A stretch of DNA of 64,000 nucleotides from Nitrospirota bacterium (GCA_021814615.1 JAKAHZ010000005.1:4786-68785), one strand, 5' to 3'; shown: positions 48,189 to 58,311, counted from the first letter of the stretch. Translations and numbers: made by a program. Notes: generated from the sequence alone by a model not told the origin.

Positions 48189-50192
48189 GTGGGCGCACGT
48201 ATGAAGAAAAACGCGGGGAAGAAGGGCAGGCGAGAAGACTGGAAGAAGGAAACGCGGCGCGTTGCCGCCGGCATTCGCAGGCGCGTGCTGGAGCACACGA
48301 TCAGGAACAACGGCGGTTACCTCTCCCAGGCCTGCTCGTCCGCCGAGATCCTGGCAACGCTCTATGTCCGGGCCATGAACCTCGGCAAGACCGGTACTCC
48401 GCTCGTGCCCAAGTCTTTTCCGGGCGTCCCCGGTCCCGATAATCCGAACTACTTCACCGGCGTCGAGTTCAACGGTTCAACCAAGCCGGAGTTCGACCGC
48501 TTCTTTCTCTCGCCCGCCCAATATGCCCTCGTGCTCTATGCGACGCTGATCGAGACCGGCCGGATGGCCGAAGAGGCGCTTGGCCAGTTCAATAAGGACG
48601 GGAGCTCCGTGGAAATGATCGGCGCGGAGCATTCGCCGGGCATGGAAAGCATGACGGGCTCGCTCGGCCAGGGCATCAGCCAGGCTGCGGGCGTTGCCAT
48701 GGCGCGGAAACGCAAGGGTGAGTCCGGCCGCGTGTTCCTTTTCATGTCCGACGGCGAGTTCCAGATCGGCCAGACCTGGGAAGCGATCCAGGCCATGGCG
48801 TTCCACAAGCTGGACAACGCGATCATCTATGTGGATGTGAACGGATTCCAGTGCGACGGCGCCACGAAGACGGTGATGAACATCGAGCCGCTCGACAAGC
48901 GTCTTGTCGCCTTTGGATGCCGCGTCCTCCGGATCAAGGGGCACGATATCGACCGGATCGCCGCAGCGGCAGGCAGGAAGCCCGACGGCAGGCCGGTGGT
49001 GGTGCTCTGCGACACCGACGCCTGCCGGGGGATCGCGGTACTGAAAAAGCGCATGCCCAAGATGCACTATGTGCGGTTCGCGAGCGCAGAGGAGCGATCC
49101 GCCTATGCGGCGGCACTCAGGAATCTCTGCGCTGCCGAATTGCCCGCTGTGTCGCCGGTGGCGAAACCTGCGACGAAATCATCTGCCGGTCCGGAGATCC
49201 TTTCCCGGGTCCATGCGAAAAATCTCGTTGCCTGGGCCGCGGACAAGCCGGAGGTGCTGGTGCTGTCGGCGGACCTCACGAGTTCGACGGAGATCGATCT
49301 GTTCCGTTCCGCCTATCCCGACCGGTTCCTGTCCATGGGCATCGCCGAACAGAACATGCTCTCCTGGGCCGGCGGGCTGGCGCGGGAGGGCTTCCTGCCT
49401 TTCGTGCACACCTTCGCGGTCTTCATCTACCGCAGGGCCTACGACCAGATCGCCATGTCCGTGGCCTATTCCAACCTCCCGGTCCGGATGATCGGGTTCC
49501 TGCCCGGCATCACCACGCCGGGAGGGGCGACGCACCAGGCCATCGAGGACGTGGCGCTCATGCGCGCCCTCCCGAACATGACGGTGCTCGATTGCGGCGA
49601 CGCGACTGAGGTGGAATCGGTCCTGACGGTGATGGAAACGATCAAGGGGCCGGTCTATGTCCGGATGCTGCGGGGGGAAATTCCCCGGCTCTTTGCCACG
49701 CCCATGGAGTTCGGCAAAGCGCGGGTCCTCTCTGCGGGCGATGATGTGACGGTCCTCTCTTCCGGCATCATGACCGAGGAGGCCATGCGCGCAGTACAGG
49801 TGCTCCAGAAGCGCGGACTGTCGATCCAGCACATGCATATCTCGACCTTGAAGCCCTTTGCCGATGAATCGGTCATGGCGGCCATCGCCCGGTCCCGCCA
49901 CGGCGTGATCACCGTGGAGAACCATACGATCATTGGCGGGCTGGGGTCGATCATCGCCGAGCAGATGGCTGAGCGCGGGATGAGCAGGAAGCTCGTGCGC
50001 ATCGGGCTCCGCGACACCTTTGCTCACGGCGCGAGCAAGAAGTATCTTCTGCGGAAATACGGCATGGACGCCCTGGCCCTGATCGAAGAGACGGAGAACC
50101 TGACCGGCAGGAAGCTGGGGATCACGCCCGACGAACTGAAGGAAACCTACATCGCGCCGGTGCACAGCCTGGCAAAAGCGGAGGCGCTGTAA
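48189..50192 (+). CDS. Transketolase-family protein (N-terminal TPP-binding and C-terminal Pyr/TK-C sections fused in one polypeptide)
   Basis: N-terminal half 'GGYLSQACSSAEILATLY...GSLGQGISQAAGVAMA...MSDGEFQIGQTWEA' matches the split-type transketolase N-subunit. C-terminal half 'FLSMGIAEQNMLSWAGGLA...FAVFIYRRAYDQIAMSVAY' matches the C-subunit. An internal ATG at 48201 is also possible. Confidence 0.75.
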   Translation: MGARMKKNAGKKGRREDWKKETRRVAAGIRRRVLEHTIRNNGGYLSQACSSAEILATLYVRAMNLGKTGTPLVPKSFPGVPGPDNPNYFTGVEFNGSTKPEFDRFFLSPAQYALVLYATLIETGRMAEEALGQFNKDGSSVEMIGAEHSPGMESMTGSLGQGISQAAGVAMARKRKGESGRVFLFMSDGEFQIGQTWEAIQAMAFHKLDNAIIYVDVNGFQCDGATKTVMNIEPLDKRLVAFGCRVLRIKGHDIDRIAAAAGRKPDGRPVVVLCDTDACRGIAVLKKRMPKMHYVRFASAEERSAYAAALRNLCAAELPAVSPVAKPATKSSAGPEILSRVHAKNLVAWAADKPEVLVLSADLTSSTEIDLFRSAYPDRFLSMGIAEQNMLSWAGGLAREGFLPFVHTFAVFIYRRAYDQIAMSVAYSNLPVRMIGFLPGITTPGGATHQAIEDVALMRALPNMTVLDCGDATEVESVLTVMETIKGPVYVRMLRGEIPRLFATPMEFGKARVLSAGDDVTVLSSGIMTEEAMRAVQVLQKRGLSIQHMHISTLKPFADESVMAAIARSRHGVITVENHTIIGGLGSIIAEQMAERGMSRKLVRIGLRDTFAHGASKKYLLRKYGMDALALIEETENLTGRKLGITPDELKETYIAPVHSLAKAEAL

Positions 50193-50198
50193 CGCGGC

Positions 50199-50570
50199 AT
50201 GCTCAGGCAGATCTCGGCAACCATCCTGGTTCTGCACCTCCTGCTCATGATGCTTGTCGCGGCCTCGACCGCAAAGTTCATGCTTCTGAGCGTTGGCATG
50301 TCCGTTGCCGCGGCGCTTGCCGTCTACGTTTTTCTGCTTGTCGCATATTTCCGGAAACGAGTTTTCTCCCCTGTTGTTCTTGCCGGCACGATCCTCTATC
50401 TCGCGGCATTGCTCCTGATCTACGGCGCGCTGGTCATCGGATCGATCCAGATCGGCAGGGCGGTGAATATCTGGTTCCATTCCGTGGTCTTTCTTCCGGG
50501 GATCTTCGGCGCAGCATCGTATCTCCGGTTTCTGCGTGGCGACCGGCGGACGCAGCATGCCGGGGCGTAG
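50199..50570 (+). CDS. Small polytopic membrane protein (operon member)
   Basis: 123 aa, four hydrophobic helices; sits between the transketolase and RLP genes. Confidence 0.45.
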   Translation: MLRQISATILVLHLLLMMLVAASTAKFMLLSVGMSVAAALAVYVFLLVAYFRKRVFSPVVLAGTILYLAALLLIYGALVIGSIQIGRAVNIWFHSVVFLPGIFGAASYLRFLRGDRRTQHAGA

Positions 50571-50571
50571 C

Positions 50572-51012
50572 ATGCCGAAAAAGGGGGATGAGGTGGGGAG
50601 GCATACGAAGACGCTGCAATGGCTGCTCCTGGGCGGAGCGGTCTATTTTCTGGCCATTGCCGCAGTGCACATGCTGAGGATCAAGGTTCCCTTCCTCTTT
50701 TTCTATTTCAGCATTCCGTCCTACGGATATCAGGACAGGATCATTTCTTTTCTTGCCTTCGGCTGGTCGGTCTTCCTGTTCACCGCTGCCAAGGATCCGG
50801 TCAAAAACAACGATCTGGTCAAGGCGATCCTGGTCGCAGGGGTGGGCGCGCTGTTCGGCCTCCATGTGATCAACACGGTGACGGATTTCCGCGCGCTCTC
50901 CCCGGCCGTGCATCCCCGGGTGTTCCGGATCGAGTCGGGCGTCGTCACCCTCTATGTCATCGCGCTGCTCGTCTTCTATTTTTTTTCCCGGAAAGAGGAG
51001 TTCCGGAAGTAG
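50572..51012 (+). CDS. Small polytopic membrane protein (operon member)
   Basis: About 147 aa with four hydrophobic helices. An alternative start at 50557 overlaps the previous gene. Stop lies 8 nt before the RLP start. Confidence 0.45.
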   Translation: MPKKGDEVGRHTKTLQWLLLGGAVYFLAIAAVHMLRIKVPFLFFYFSIPSYGYQDRIISFLAFGWSVFLFTAAKDPVKNNDLVKAILVAGVGALFGLHVINTVTDFRALSPAVHPRVFRIESGVVTLYVIALLVFYFFSRKEEFRK

Positions 51013-51019
51013 GAACGCC

Positions 51020-52174
51020 ATGATCATTCAGACCACCTGCACCCCTGCGTCGCTCTTCTCCGGCGAGCGCTTTGCCGTCACCTATCGGATCTACGGGACC
51101 GAGAAGGAGGCGCGCGCCAAGGCCGAGAGCATTTGCATCGAACAGACCGTGGAGTTCCCTGCAGAGTGCGTGGGGCAGGGAACGATCCGCGACCATGTTT
51201 TCGGCAGGATCGAATCTTTCGAGCGGCGGGACGTTGAAAGCTTTCGCGCGGTAATCATCTATGCCGTGGAGATTGCGGCAGGGGAGCTGACGCAGCTTTT
51301 GAACGTCATCTTCGGGAACACGAGCATCAAGCCCGGCATCCGCGTCGAGCGCCTGGATCTCTCGCCGTCCATTCTGTCCCAATACAAAGGCCCGCGTTTC
51401 GGCAGGGCGGGGCTGCGCGAGCTGCTCCGCATTCCGAAGCGGCCGCTGCTCTGCACGGCGATCAAGCCCATGGGCCTTTCCTGCGATGAGCTTGCGGACA
51501 TGGCATACCGGTTTGCTTTAGGCGGCATGGACATGATCAAGGACGACCACGGACTGACGGACCAGAGCTGCTCGCCTTTTGCAGAGCGGATCGCCAGATG
51601 CTCCGAGGCGGTGAGGAAGGCGAACCGGGAAACAGGCGGGAGGACGGTTTTCGTGGCCAATGTCACGGCTCCTGCGGCGAAGATTGCGGAGCGGGCACGG
51701 ATCGCGAAGGGAGCCGGCGCCGGAGGCATCATGATCGCTCCGGGGCTCACGGGATTCGACATCATGCGCGAGCTGGCGGAGGACGATTCACTGGCGCTTC
51801 CCATTCTGACCCATCCGGCGCTCCAGGGGAGCTTCGTGACCGGTCCGGGCGGCATTGCTCACGGCGTGATCTTCGGCCAGCTTGCGCGGCTCGCCGGCGC
51901 GGACGCCACCATCTTTCCGAACTTCGGCGGACGGTTCTCCTTCTCCCGCGAAGAATGCCGCGAGATCGTTGCGGGCACGGCGGAGCCGATGGGGCATCTC
52001 CGGACGATTTTCCCCGCGCCCGGCGGAGGCATGAGCCTTTCCCGCGTGCCCGAGATGATGGAAACCTACGGCAAGGACCTCATCTTTCTGATCGGCGGCG
52101 GCCTGTTCCAGCACGGCCCGGACCTGGTGGAGAACTGCCGGCACTTCCGGAAGATGGCGGAAAACATGGAGTAA
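51020..52174 (+). CDS. RuBisCO-like protein (form IV RuBisCO large-subunit homologue)
   Basis: AGGAACGCC-ATG. 'LLCTAIKPMGLSCDELADMAYRFALGGMDMIKDDHGLTDQ' aligns with the RuBisCO large-subunit 'KPKLGLS...GGLDFTKDDEN' region and retains the carbamylatable Lys. 384 aa, in the size range of RLPs. Confidence 0.85.
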   Translation: MIIQTTCTPASLFSGERFAVTYRIYGTEKEARAKAESICIEQTVEFPAECVGQGTIRDHVFGRIESFERRDVESFRAVIIYAVEIAAGELTQLLNVIFGNTSIKPGIRVERLDLSPSILSQYKGPRFGRAGLRELLRIPKRPLLCTAIKPMGLSCDELADMAYRFALGGMDMIKDDHGLTDQSCSPFAERIARCSEAVRKANRETGGRTVFVANVTAPAAKIAERARIAKGAGAGGIMIAPGLTGFDIMRELAEDDSLALPILTHPALQGSFVTGPGGIAHGVIFGQLARLAGADATIFPNFGGRFSFSREECREIVAGTAEPMGHLRTIFPAPGGGMSLSRVPEMMETYGKDLIFLIGGGLFQHGPDLVENCRHFRKMAENME

Positions 52175-52184
52175 ACGGGACACG

Positions 52185-52958
52185 ATGGAAAAAAACGACA
52201 AGCGTACGAATCAGCGCGAACACGACGAACACCCGCTCTACAAGGCCCTGCAGCAGCTGGCCGTCGATCTCAAGACGCTCTTCTCCCTGGCCACGGAAAA
52301 GGATGAACGATCGTGGAACGAGTATATTGCCATGGCCCGGAAGGAGATCGAGTCGGTTCACGCGGGAGCCTCTCCCGCAGGCGAGAAGGAGCGTCTGTAC
52401 CGGGCGCTGGTGCTGGAGGTGTACGATCACCTGACGCTCCTGATCCACACCCTCAAGTCGAACCAGGAAGAATACCGGAAACTGGCGACGAGGGATCTCC
52501 TGACGGGCGTGTACAACCGGAACTATTTCAACGAGGTGATCGTGCGGGACATCGAGCGGGCCAAGCGTCACGGCGAGCAGCTCTCCTTTATCCTGCTCGA
52601 TGTGAACGGGTTCAAGCTCATCAACGACACCTACGGACATCTCTACGGGGACGGCGTGCTGCGCGCCTGCGCCGACATCCTCCGGAAATCGGTGCGCAAG
52701 GCGGATTTCCTCTGCCGGTACGGCGGCGACGAGTTCGTGATCGTCACGTCGCGCACGACCTGCGAGGAGAACGCGCCGCTCTTCAAGCGGATCGAGAGGA
52801 ACCTCGATGAATGGAACCGGCAGTACGAGGCCCTCGATTTCCGGCTCTCCTTCAGCCTGGGGTGCGCGGTCTGGTCGAAGGGAAAGGATGTGCTGGATGT
52901 GCTGCACGAGGCGGACCAGGCCATGTACGAGGACAAGAAACGGCGAAAGGGGCGTTGA
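52185..52958 (+). CDS. Diguanylate cyclase (GGDEF domain) with short N-terminal coiled region
   Basis: 'RYGGDEFVIV' A-site; RxxD I-site 'RKAD' upstream; 'DLLTGVYNRNYF'. Start is 11 nt after the RLP stop. Confidence 0.85.
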   Translation: MEKNDKRTNQREHDEHPLYKALQQLAVDLKTLFSLATEKDERSWNEYIAMARKEIESVHAGASPAGEKERLYRALVLEVYDHLTLLIHTLKSNQEEYRKLATRDLLTGVYNRNYFNEVIVRDIERAKRHGEQLSFILLDVNGFKLINDTYGHLYGDGVLRACADILRKSVRKADFLCRYGGDEFVIVTSRTTCEENAPLFKRIERNLDEWNRQYEALDFRLSFSLGCAVWSKGKDVLDVLHEADQAMYEDKKRRKGR

Positions 52959-53167
52959 TTCCTTATCGCTCTTCGCAATGACCATCTTGAACTTTTCCGC
53001 AACCTGCCAGAGGAATGCGCCCGCCGCGAACGAAAGGTAACAACATCCGCAACTCACCATTCAAAATTGGGGTTGACACACTTTTCCCGTCTGGATTATC
53101 ATAACGCAACACCTTCGCGAAAACATCACGGTTCCACCATCTGATAAGTACAGCGGACGGGAGGCCA

Positions 53168-54334
53168 ATGCAGCATCCCTTTGCTTTCCTGGGAACCGTG
53201 TCGCTCCTGCTCGGACTGGCTGCGGGATTTATCATGCACCGGTCGGATTTCTGCATCGCCGGCATGTTCCGAGATCTCTTCCTCCTGCGCAGGACCGTCA
53301 TGCTCCGTTCGTTCCTCCTCCTCGTCATCGCCACCATGGTGCTCTTCGAGGCTGCCCGGCTTCTCGGGCTGCTCTCCGTCTATCCCTTCCCGCTCCTCTA
53401 TGCGCCCAGCGCGGCGAACATTGTCGGCGGATTCGTCTTCGGCATCGGCATGGTGCTTGCGGGCGGATGCGTCGTGGGGACGCTGTACAAGATGGGCGCG
53501 GGCAGCGCGCTCAGCATGACCGCCTTCGGCGGCATGATCGTGGGCAGCGGCCTGTATGCCGAATTTCACCCTGCCTGGGCGGCGTTCCTCAAGAAGACGA
53601 CATTCTTCCCGGGCAAGGTCACGATAGGCCAGATCCTGGGAATCGATCCGCTCTTCACCGTGCTTGCGGTCGCGGTCCCGTCGGCAGCGATCCTTCTGTC
53701 GTGGTATCGCCGGGATGCATTCAAGCGTACGGCCTTCGCCTCGGGGTATCTGCAGCCTGCCCGTGCAGCGCTCCTGCTCGCCGCAATCAGCGCCGTGTCC
53801 TACCTCCTCGTCGGCATGCCCCTGGGCGTCACGTCCACGTTCACGAAAATCGCCGGCTGGGCGGAGCGCGTGGCGCTGCCGGAGCATTACCGGAGCCTGA
53901 CGCTGTACGCGGCGGTTCCTCTCAATTTCGTTCACCGGCTTGCCGGAACTGCGCCGCTCACCGGCGGTCCCGGTCCGGTCTATGACGCCCTGGCAGCGAT
54001 CCAGGTTCCCCTGATCATCGGCATCGTGGCGGGAAGCGCTCTCTCCGCGGCTCTGCTCGGCGAACTGCGGTTTTCCTGCCGTGTGCCCGCAAGGCAGTAC
54101 GCGCTCGCTGCCGGAGGGGGGCTTCTTGTCGGCCTGGCTTCCCGCATGGCGCCGACCTGCAATGTGTGGCACCTGATGGGCGGGCTTCCGCTGCTCGCGG
54201 CGTCGAGCATCCTTTTTCTGTGCGGCATGCTCGGCGGCGCGTGGCTGGGCGGCATGCTGCTGGTCCGGTTTCTGGGCAGCGGAATTGCGTCGGTCGCCGG
54301 CCGGATGTGCATGCCGGACAGAGGCGCCGCATGA
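53168..54334 (+). CDS. YeeE/YedE-family thiosulfate/sulfur-compound transporter
   Basis: Two YeeE/YedE repeats with conserved Cys: 'HRSDFCIAGMFRD', 'AGGCVVGTLYKMGAG', 'MAPTCNVWHLMGG'. Confidence 0.8.
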   Translation: MQHPFAFLGTVSLLLGLAAGFIMHRSDFCIAGMFRDLFLLRRTVMLRSFLLLVIATMVLFEAARLLGLLSVYPFPLLYAPSAANIVGGFVFGIGMVLAGGCVVGTLYKMGAGSALSMTAFGGMIVGSGLYAEFHPAWAAFLKKTTFFPGKVTIGQILGIDPLFTVLAVAVPSAAILLSWYRRDAFKRTAFASGYLQPARAALLLAAISAVSYLLVGMPLGVTSTFTKIAGWAERVALPEHYRSLTLYAAVPLNFVHRLAGTAPLTGGPGPVYDALAAIQVPLIIGIVAGSALSAALLGELRFSCRVPARQYALAAGGGLLVGLASRMAPTCNVWHLMGGLPLLAASSILFLCGMLGGAWLGGMLLVRFLGSGIASVAGRMCMPDRGAA

Positions 54335-54417
54335 GTTGCGCGGCACGTTCGAGAACATCCTTCGGGCAATGATGCGACGGTGACCGGGGCCTGCTCGACA
54401 CCGGGGAGAGTGCATTC

Positions 54418-54657
54418 ATGGAAACGATCGAGATCGATATTCGCGGCCAGCTTTGCCCTGCAACGCTCCTCGTTGCGCTGAAGGAGATCAATGCACGCGG
54501 AGCGCAGCTGCGCGCGGGAGCGGTCAAGCTCCGCTTCCTCATCGACAACCGCGATGCGACAGGCACGATTCCCGAGTCTGCAGCCAATATGGGCTATGGC
54601 GTGGCCGTGGACCGGCAGGAAGGCTGGTATCGCGTCGAGGTCTTTGGCCGGCAGTAA
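54418..54657 (+). CDS. TusA/YeeD-like sulfur-carrier protein
   Basis: 'IDIRGQLCPATLL' resembles the TusA 'LD.RGL.CP.P' active-site motif (second Pro replaced by Thr); 79 aa; directly downstream of the YeeE gene. Confidence 0.55.
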   Translation: METIEIDIRGQLCPATLLVALKEINARGAQLRAGAVKLRFLIDNRDATGTIPESAANMGYGVAVDRQEGWYRVEVFGRQ

Positions 54658-54692
54658 GCGAGAAGCCGGAGGGACGGAAGAACCGGTGATCC

Positions 54693-57191
54693 ATGCAACC
54701 CTCTGAACAGCAGAACGAAGATCTTCTCCGGGAGATCGGTGATCTCAGGCGCAAGCATGCGGCAGCGATGCAGTATGTTCGGCGCAAGATCGACCAACTC
54801 CTGACCGTGATGGGCACGTCCCCCCTGCGGCCCGAGGAGCTCGATGACAACACCCTGATCGAGCTCGATCCCATCGGCATCATCAGCGACTCCTTCGTCC
54901 AGGTCCTCCGCCACCTCAAGGAAACCAACGAGCAGCTGAAGGTCGCTCACGACGAGATCACGGCAATCTTTGATTCCGCGGGCATGGGGATCCTGGTCGT
55001 TGACCGGGATCTGCGTGTGCTTGCATCGAACCGGAAGATCCGCGAGCAGTTTACCGTCAACACGCCGCCCCGGGAAGACGTTACCTGCCGGGAACTGATC
55101 TGCAAAAAGGGGACGGATCAGGACTGCCCCGCCCTGAAGGCCATCGCGAGCGGCGCCGGAGAACGGTGCGAGATGGACCTGGAGAACCGTCATTTCGATG
55201 TGGTGGCGACGCCGATCCGCGGCAAGGACGGCGGCATCACCCAGGTCGTGCTGGTTTACATGGATCTGACCGACCGGATCCGCGCCCAAGAGGAGCTGCG
55301 CAGGAGCGAGGAACGCTACCGCGACCTCTTCGAGAATTCCACGGACCTGATCCAGATCGTGGGCGGCGACGGTTCGATCGTCTATGTCAACCAAGCATGG
55401 CGCGATGCGCTCGGCTACAGCGCCGATGAGATCGCCGGCAAGTCGATCTTCGATATCATTCATCCGGACTGCAAGGATTGCGGCCCCGAATTCAAGAGTG
55501 TGGTCTGCGGCCACAAGGGAGGACGGTTCGAGACCCAGTTCATCACCAGGGCCAGGGAACCGATCGTGGTGGAGGGCAACGTGAGCCCCATCTTCGACGG
55601 CGGCGTATTTGCCGGCACCCGCGGGATCTTCCGCGACATCACGATGCGCAAGCGGGCGGAGAACGAGGTCGCCGCCGAACGGGAACAGCTCGCCGTGACG
55701 CTTCGGAGCATCGGCGACGGCGTGATCACCACCGACATCCACGGCAGGGTGGTGTTGATCAACAAGGTGGCCGAACGGCTGACGGGCTGGCGGCAGGAGG
55801 ATGCCCGGGGCCGGATGATCCACGAGCTCTTCCCGCTCAAGCACGAGAAGACCGGTCTCGACCACCTCTGCCCCGTGGACCGGGTCCTCCAGACGGGAGT
55901 GGCCTGCGAGCTCGACGGGAACGCCGTCCTCACGGCGCGAGACGGGAAACAGCACCTGATCACGGACAGCGTAGCCCCCATCCTGAACCGGGAGAGCGCG
56001 GTGATCGGTTCGGTGCTGGTCTTCCGGGACATTACGGAGCGCAAGAAACTCGAGGATCGCCTGATCAAATCGGAGAAGATCGAGTCCTTGGGCGTGCTTG
56101 CCGGGGGGATTGCCCACGACTTCAACAACCTCCTGAACTCGATCATCGCCAATGTGGATATCGGGCTGCGGTTTGCCAATCCCGACAGCGAGGTGCAGAA
56201 GAGCCTGGCGCGCGCCCAGAAGGCTTCGATGAAAGCGAAGGACCTCACCCAGCAGCTTCTCACCTTCTCGAAGGGCGGGGCTCCCGTCAAGAAGCTGGCG
56301 GCCATCGCCGACCTGATCCGCGACACCGCTGATTTCGGCACGCGGGGCACCACCGTGCGCTGCGAATACGACCTGCCGGCGGACCTGTGGAATGCCGAGG
56401 TGGATGAGGGGCAGATCAGCCAGGTGATCCAGAACCTGGTCATCAACGCCGTCGAGGCGATGCCGCAGGGCGGGACGATCCAGATCTCGGCGCGGAACCG
56501 GGAGATCGACCGCATGACCTCGCCGGTGCTCGCCGAAGGCCGCTATGTGGCGATTACGGTGCACGACCACGGGCAGGGCATTCCCCGCGAGAACCTGAAC
56601 CGGATCTTCGAGCCCTACTTCACCACCAAGGCTGCGGGCAGCGGGCTCGGCCTCGCCACGACCTATTCGATCATCAAGCAGCACGGCGGCCTGATCGATG
56701 TCGAATCGGCAGAAGGCGCGGGCACGAAGTTCTATGTCTATCTCCCCGCATCGTTGTCCGCCGTGACGCCGGCCGCTCCATCTGCCGCTTCCGTCCCCCG
56801 AAAGGAGACGAGCGGCAGGATCCTGGTCATGGACGACGATGAACTCGTCCGCGAGACCGCAGGCGTGCTTCTGGGCATGCTGGGATACGAGGCGGATTTC
56901 GCCGCGGACGGGGACACGGCGCTGGACATGTACCGACGGGCAATGCAGTCCGGCGCTCCCTATAACGCGGTCATCATGGACCTGACGATCCCGGGCGGCA
57001 AGGGAGGCAGGACGACGATCGGGCACCTTCTCGAGATCGATCCCGCGGCCCGGGCGATCGTCTCGAGCGGGTATTCCACCGATGCGGTCATGGCGAACTA
57101 TGCACAGTACGGCTTCGTCGGGATCGTGGTAAAGCCCTATACGATCGACGACCTGGGACGAGAGTTGCAGCGCGTTCTGGGCGGAAAATAA
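54693..57191 (+). CDS. Hybrid sensor histidine kinase/response regulator with multiple PAS domains
   Basis: Three to four PAS-like segments, HisKA 'GIAHDFNNLLNSI', HATPase 'HDHGQGIP...GSGLGL', C-terminal receiver 'ILVMDDD...VIMDLTIPGG'. Confidence 0.85.
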   Translation: MQPSEQQNEDLLREIGDLRRKHAAAMQYVRRKIDQLLTVMGTSPLRPEELDDNTLIELDPIGIISDSFVQVLRHLKETNEQLKVAHDEITAIFDSAGMGILVVDRDLRVLASNRKIREQFTVNTPPREDVTCRELICKKGTDQDCPALKAIASGAGERCEMDLENRHFDVVATPIRGKDGGITQVVLVYMDLTDRIRAQEELRRSEERYRDLFENSTDLIQIVGGDGSIVYVNQAWRDALGYSADEIAGKSIFDIIHPDCKDCGPEFKSVVCGHKGGRFETQFITRAREPIVVEGNVSPIFDGGVFAGTRGIFRDITMRKRAENEVAAEREQLAVTLRSIGDGVITTDIHGRVVLINKVAERLTGWRQEDARGRMIHELFPLKHEKTGLDHLCPVDRVLQTGVACELDGNAVLTARDGKQHLITDSVAPILNRESAVIGSVLVFRDITERKKLEDRLIKSEKIESLGVLAGGIAHDFNNLLNSIIANVDIGLRFANPDSEVQKSLARAQKASMKAKDLTQQLLTFSKGGAPVKKLAAIADLIRDTADFGTRGTTVRCEYDLPADLWNAEVDEGQISQVIQNLVINAVEAMPQGGTIQISARNREIDRMTSPVLAEGRYVAITVHDHGQGIPRENLNRIFEPYFTTKAAGSGLGLATTYSIIKQHGGLIDVESAEGAGTKFYVYLPASLSAVTPAAPSAASVPRKETSGRILVMDDDELVRETAGVLLGMLGYEADFAADGDTALDMYRRAMQSGAPYNAVIMDLTIPGGKGGRTTIGHLLEIDPAARAIVSSGYSTDAVMANYAQYGFVGIVVKPYTIDDLGRELQRVLGGK

Positions 57192-57425
57192 GGACGGACT
57201 TTTTACGAATCCCGCGTCCACAGCGTTCAGCACACCGCCCCGCGATCAAAGCACAGGCATATTCTTCCACGCTCCGCCAATCTCTCCGTGACGTAAACTC
57301 CCGCAGTGCCACCGCGAAGGAGGCTCACGGGCCGATCTCTGTCAGCTCCGTTCCTCCTTCACGGCGTGTCCCGCTGAACGACCGTCGGAACGGGCCTTGC
57401 GGGAAATGACGACCTCTTGCGGCCT

Positions 57426-58097
57426 TTACGCATGCCCTCCTGCATGCACGACGCACTCGTCCTCGATGCGGAGGCCGGGCGCCAGCGACTCATGGGCAAT
57501 GCCGCTGCGGATCGATATGCCGATCCAGGCCAGGGCGATTCCCAGGATCACGCCGCCGACTACCCCCGCAACGGGAGGAAGGGGCGGTGCAAAGGCAAGC
57601 AACGGCGCTCCGATGATGAAAAGCAGGCCGTTCACGAAGGTCACAGTGCTCGATGAGATAAGATAGATCCCGAGCAGCAGGAATCCCACCGCCAGGATCA
57701 CCATCGACAACATGGCCAGGACGCCGAAGGAACCGGCCATGAGCGGCCCGCTCATCGCCAGGAGGGATGTGTAGGCCGGATCACTGGACAGGACCGGCAC
57801 AATCGCCGCCTCCACGAAGAGCAGCATTCCTGCGCTCAGGATGCTCCCCAGGATCGTGAGAACGAAGGCAAGGTGACCGAACGCCGATATTCTGGAACTC
57901 ATCGCCCGGTACAGAACGATAAGTCCGGCGGTCCCGATCACCGCGCCGATTCCCAGAAGCAGGTTCACCGGCACCCAGGGGGCGCGCAACGCGAATCCGG
58001 GTTGCGTCATATCGGGACGGAAGAGGACCGGCAGTCCGGTCAACAATCCCGCCAGGACGAGCAACCCGCTGCTCCATCTTGTCAATCTGCCTGACAT
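57426..58097 (-). CDS. Hypothetical polytopic membrane protein
   Basis: About 6 TM segments rich in Gly/Ala/Leu; no motif. Confidence 0.4.
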   Translation of the reverse strand: MSGRLTRWSSGLLVLAGLLTGLPVLFRPDMTQPGFALRAPWVPVNLLLGIGAVIGTAGLIVLYRAMSSRISAFGHLAFVLTILGSILSAGMLLFVEAAIVPVLSSDPAYTSLLAMSGPLMAGSFGVLAMLSMVILAVGFLLLGIYLISSSTVTFVNGLLFIIGAPLLAFAPPLPPVAGVVGGVILGIALAWIGISIRSGIAHESLAPGLRIEDECVVHAGGHA

Positions 58098-58311
58098 ATC
58101 TGAATCACCTCTTTCTCTCAACGGATAGATCAGTCTGATGCTTCTAAGAAATGCTAATCCCGGGGATTCAGACTGTCAATGCCCGGGGAGATGCAGGGAA
58201 TCTCACCGGGAAGGATTCTGCGGGTCCTGCCCGTTTCCTGGTATACTATGCTCGTGCCGGGCGACAGACGCCTCGGCGGGACGCGGCAAAGGCCGAAGAA
58301 AGCGTGACGCC

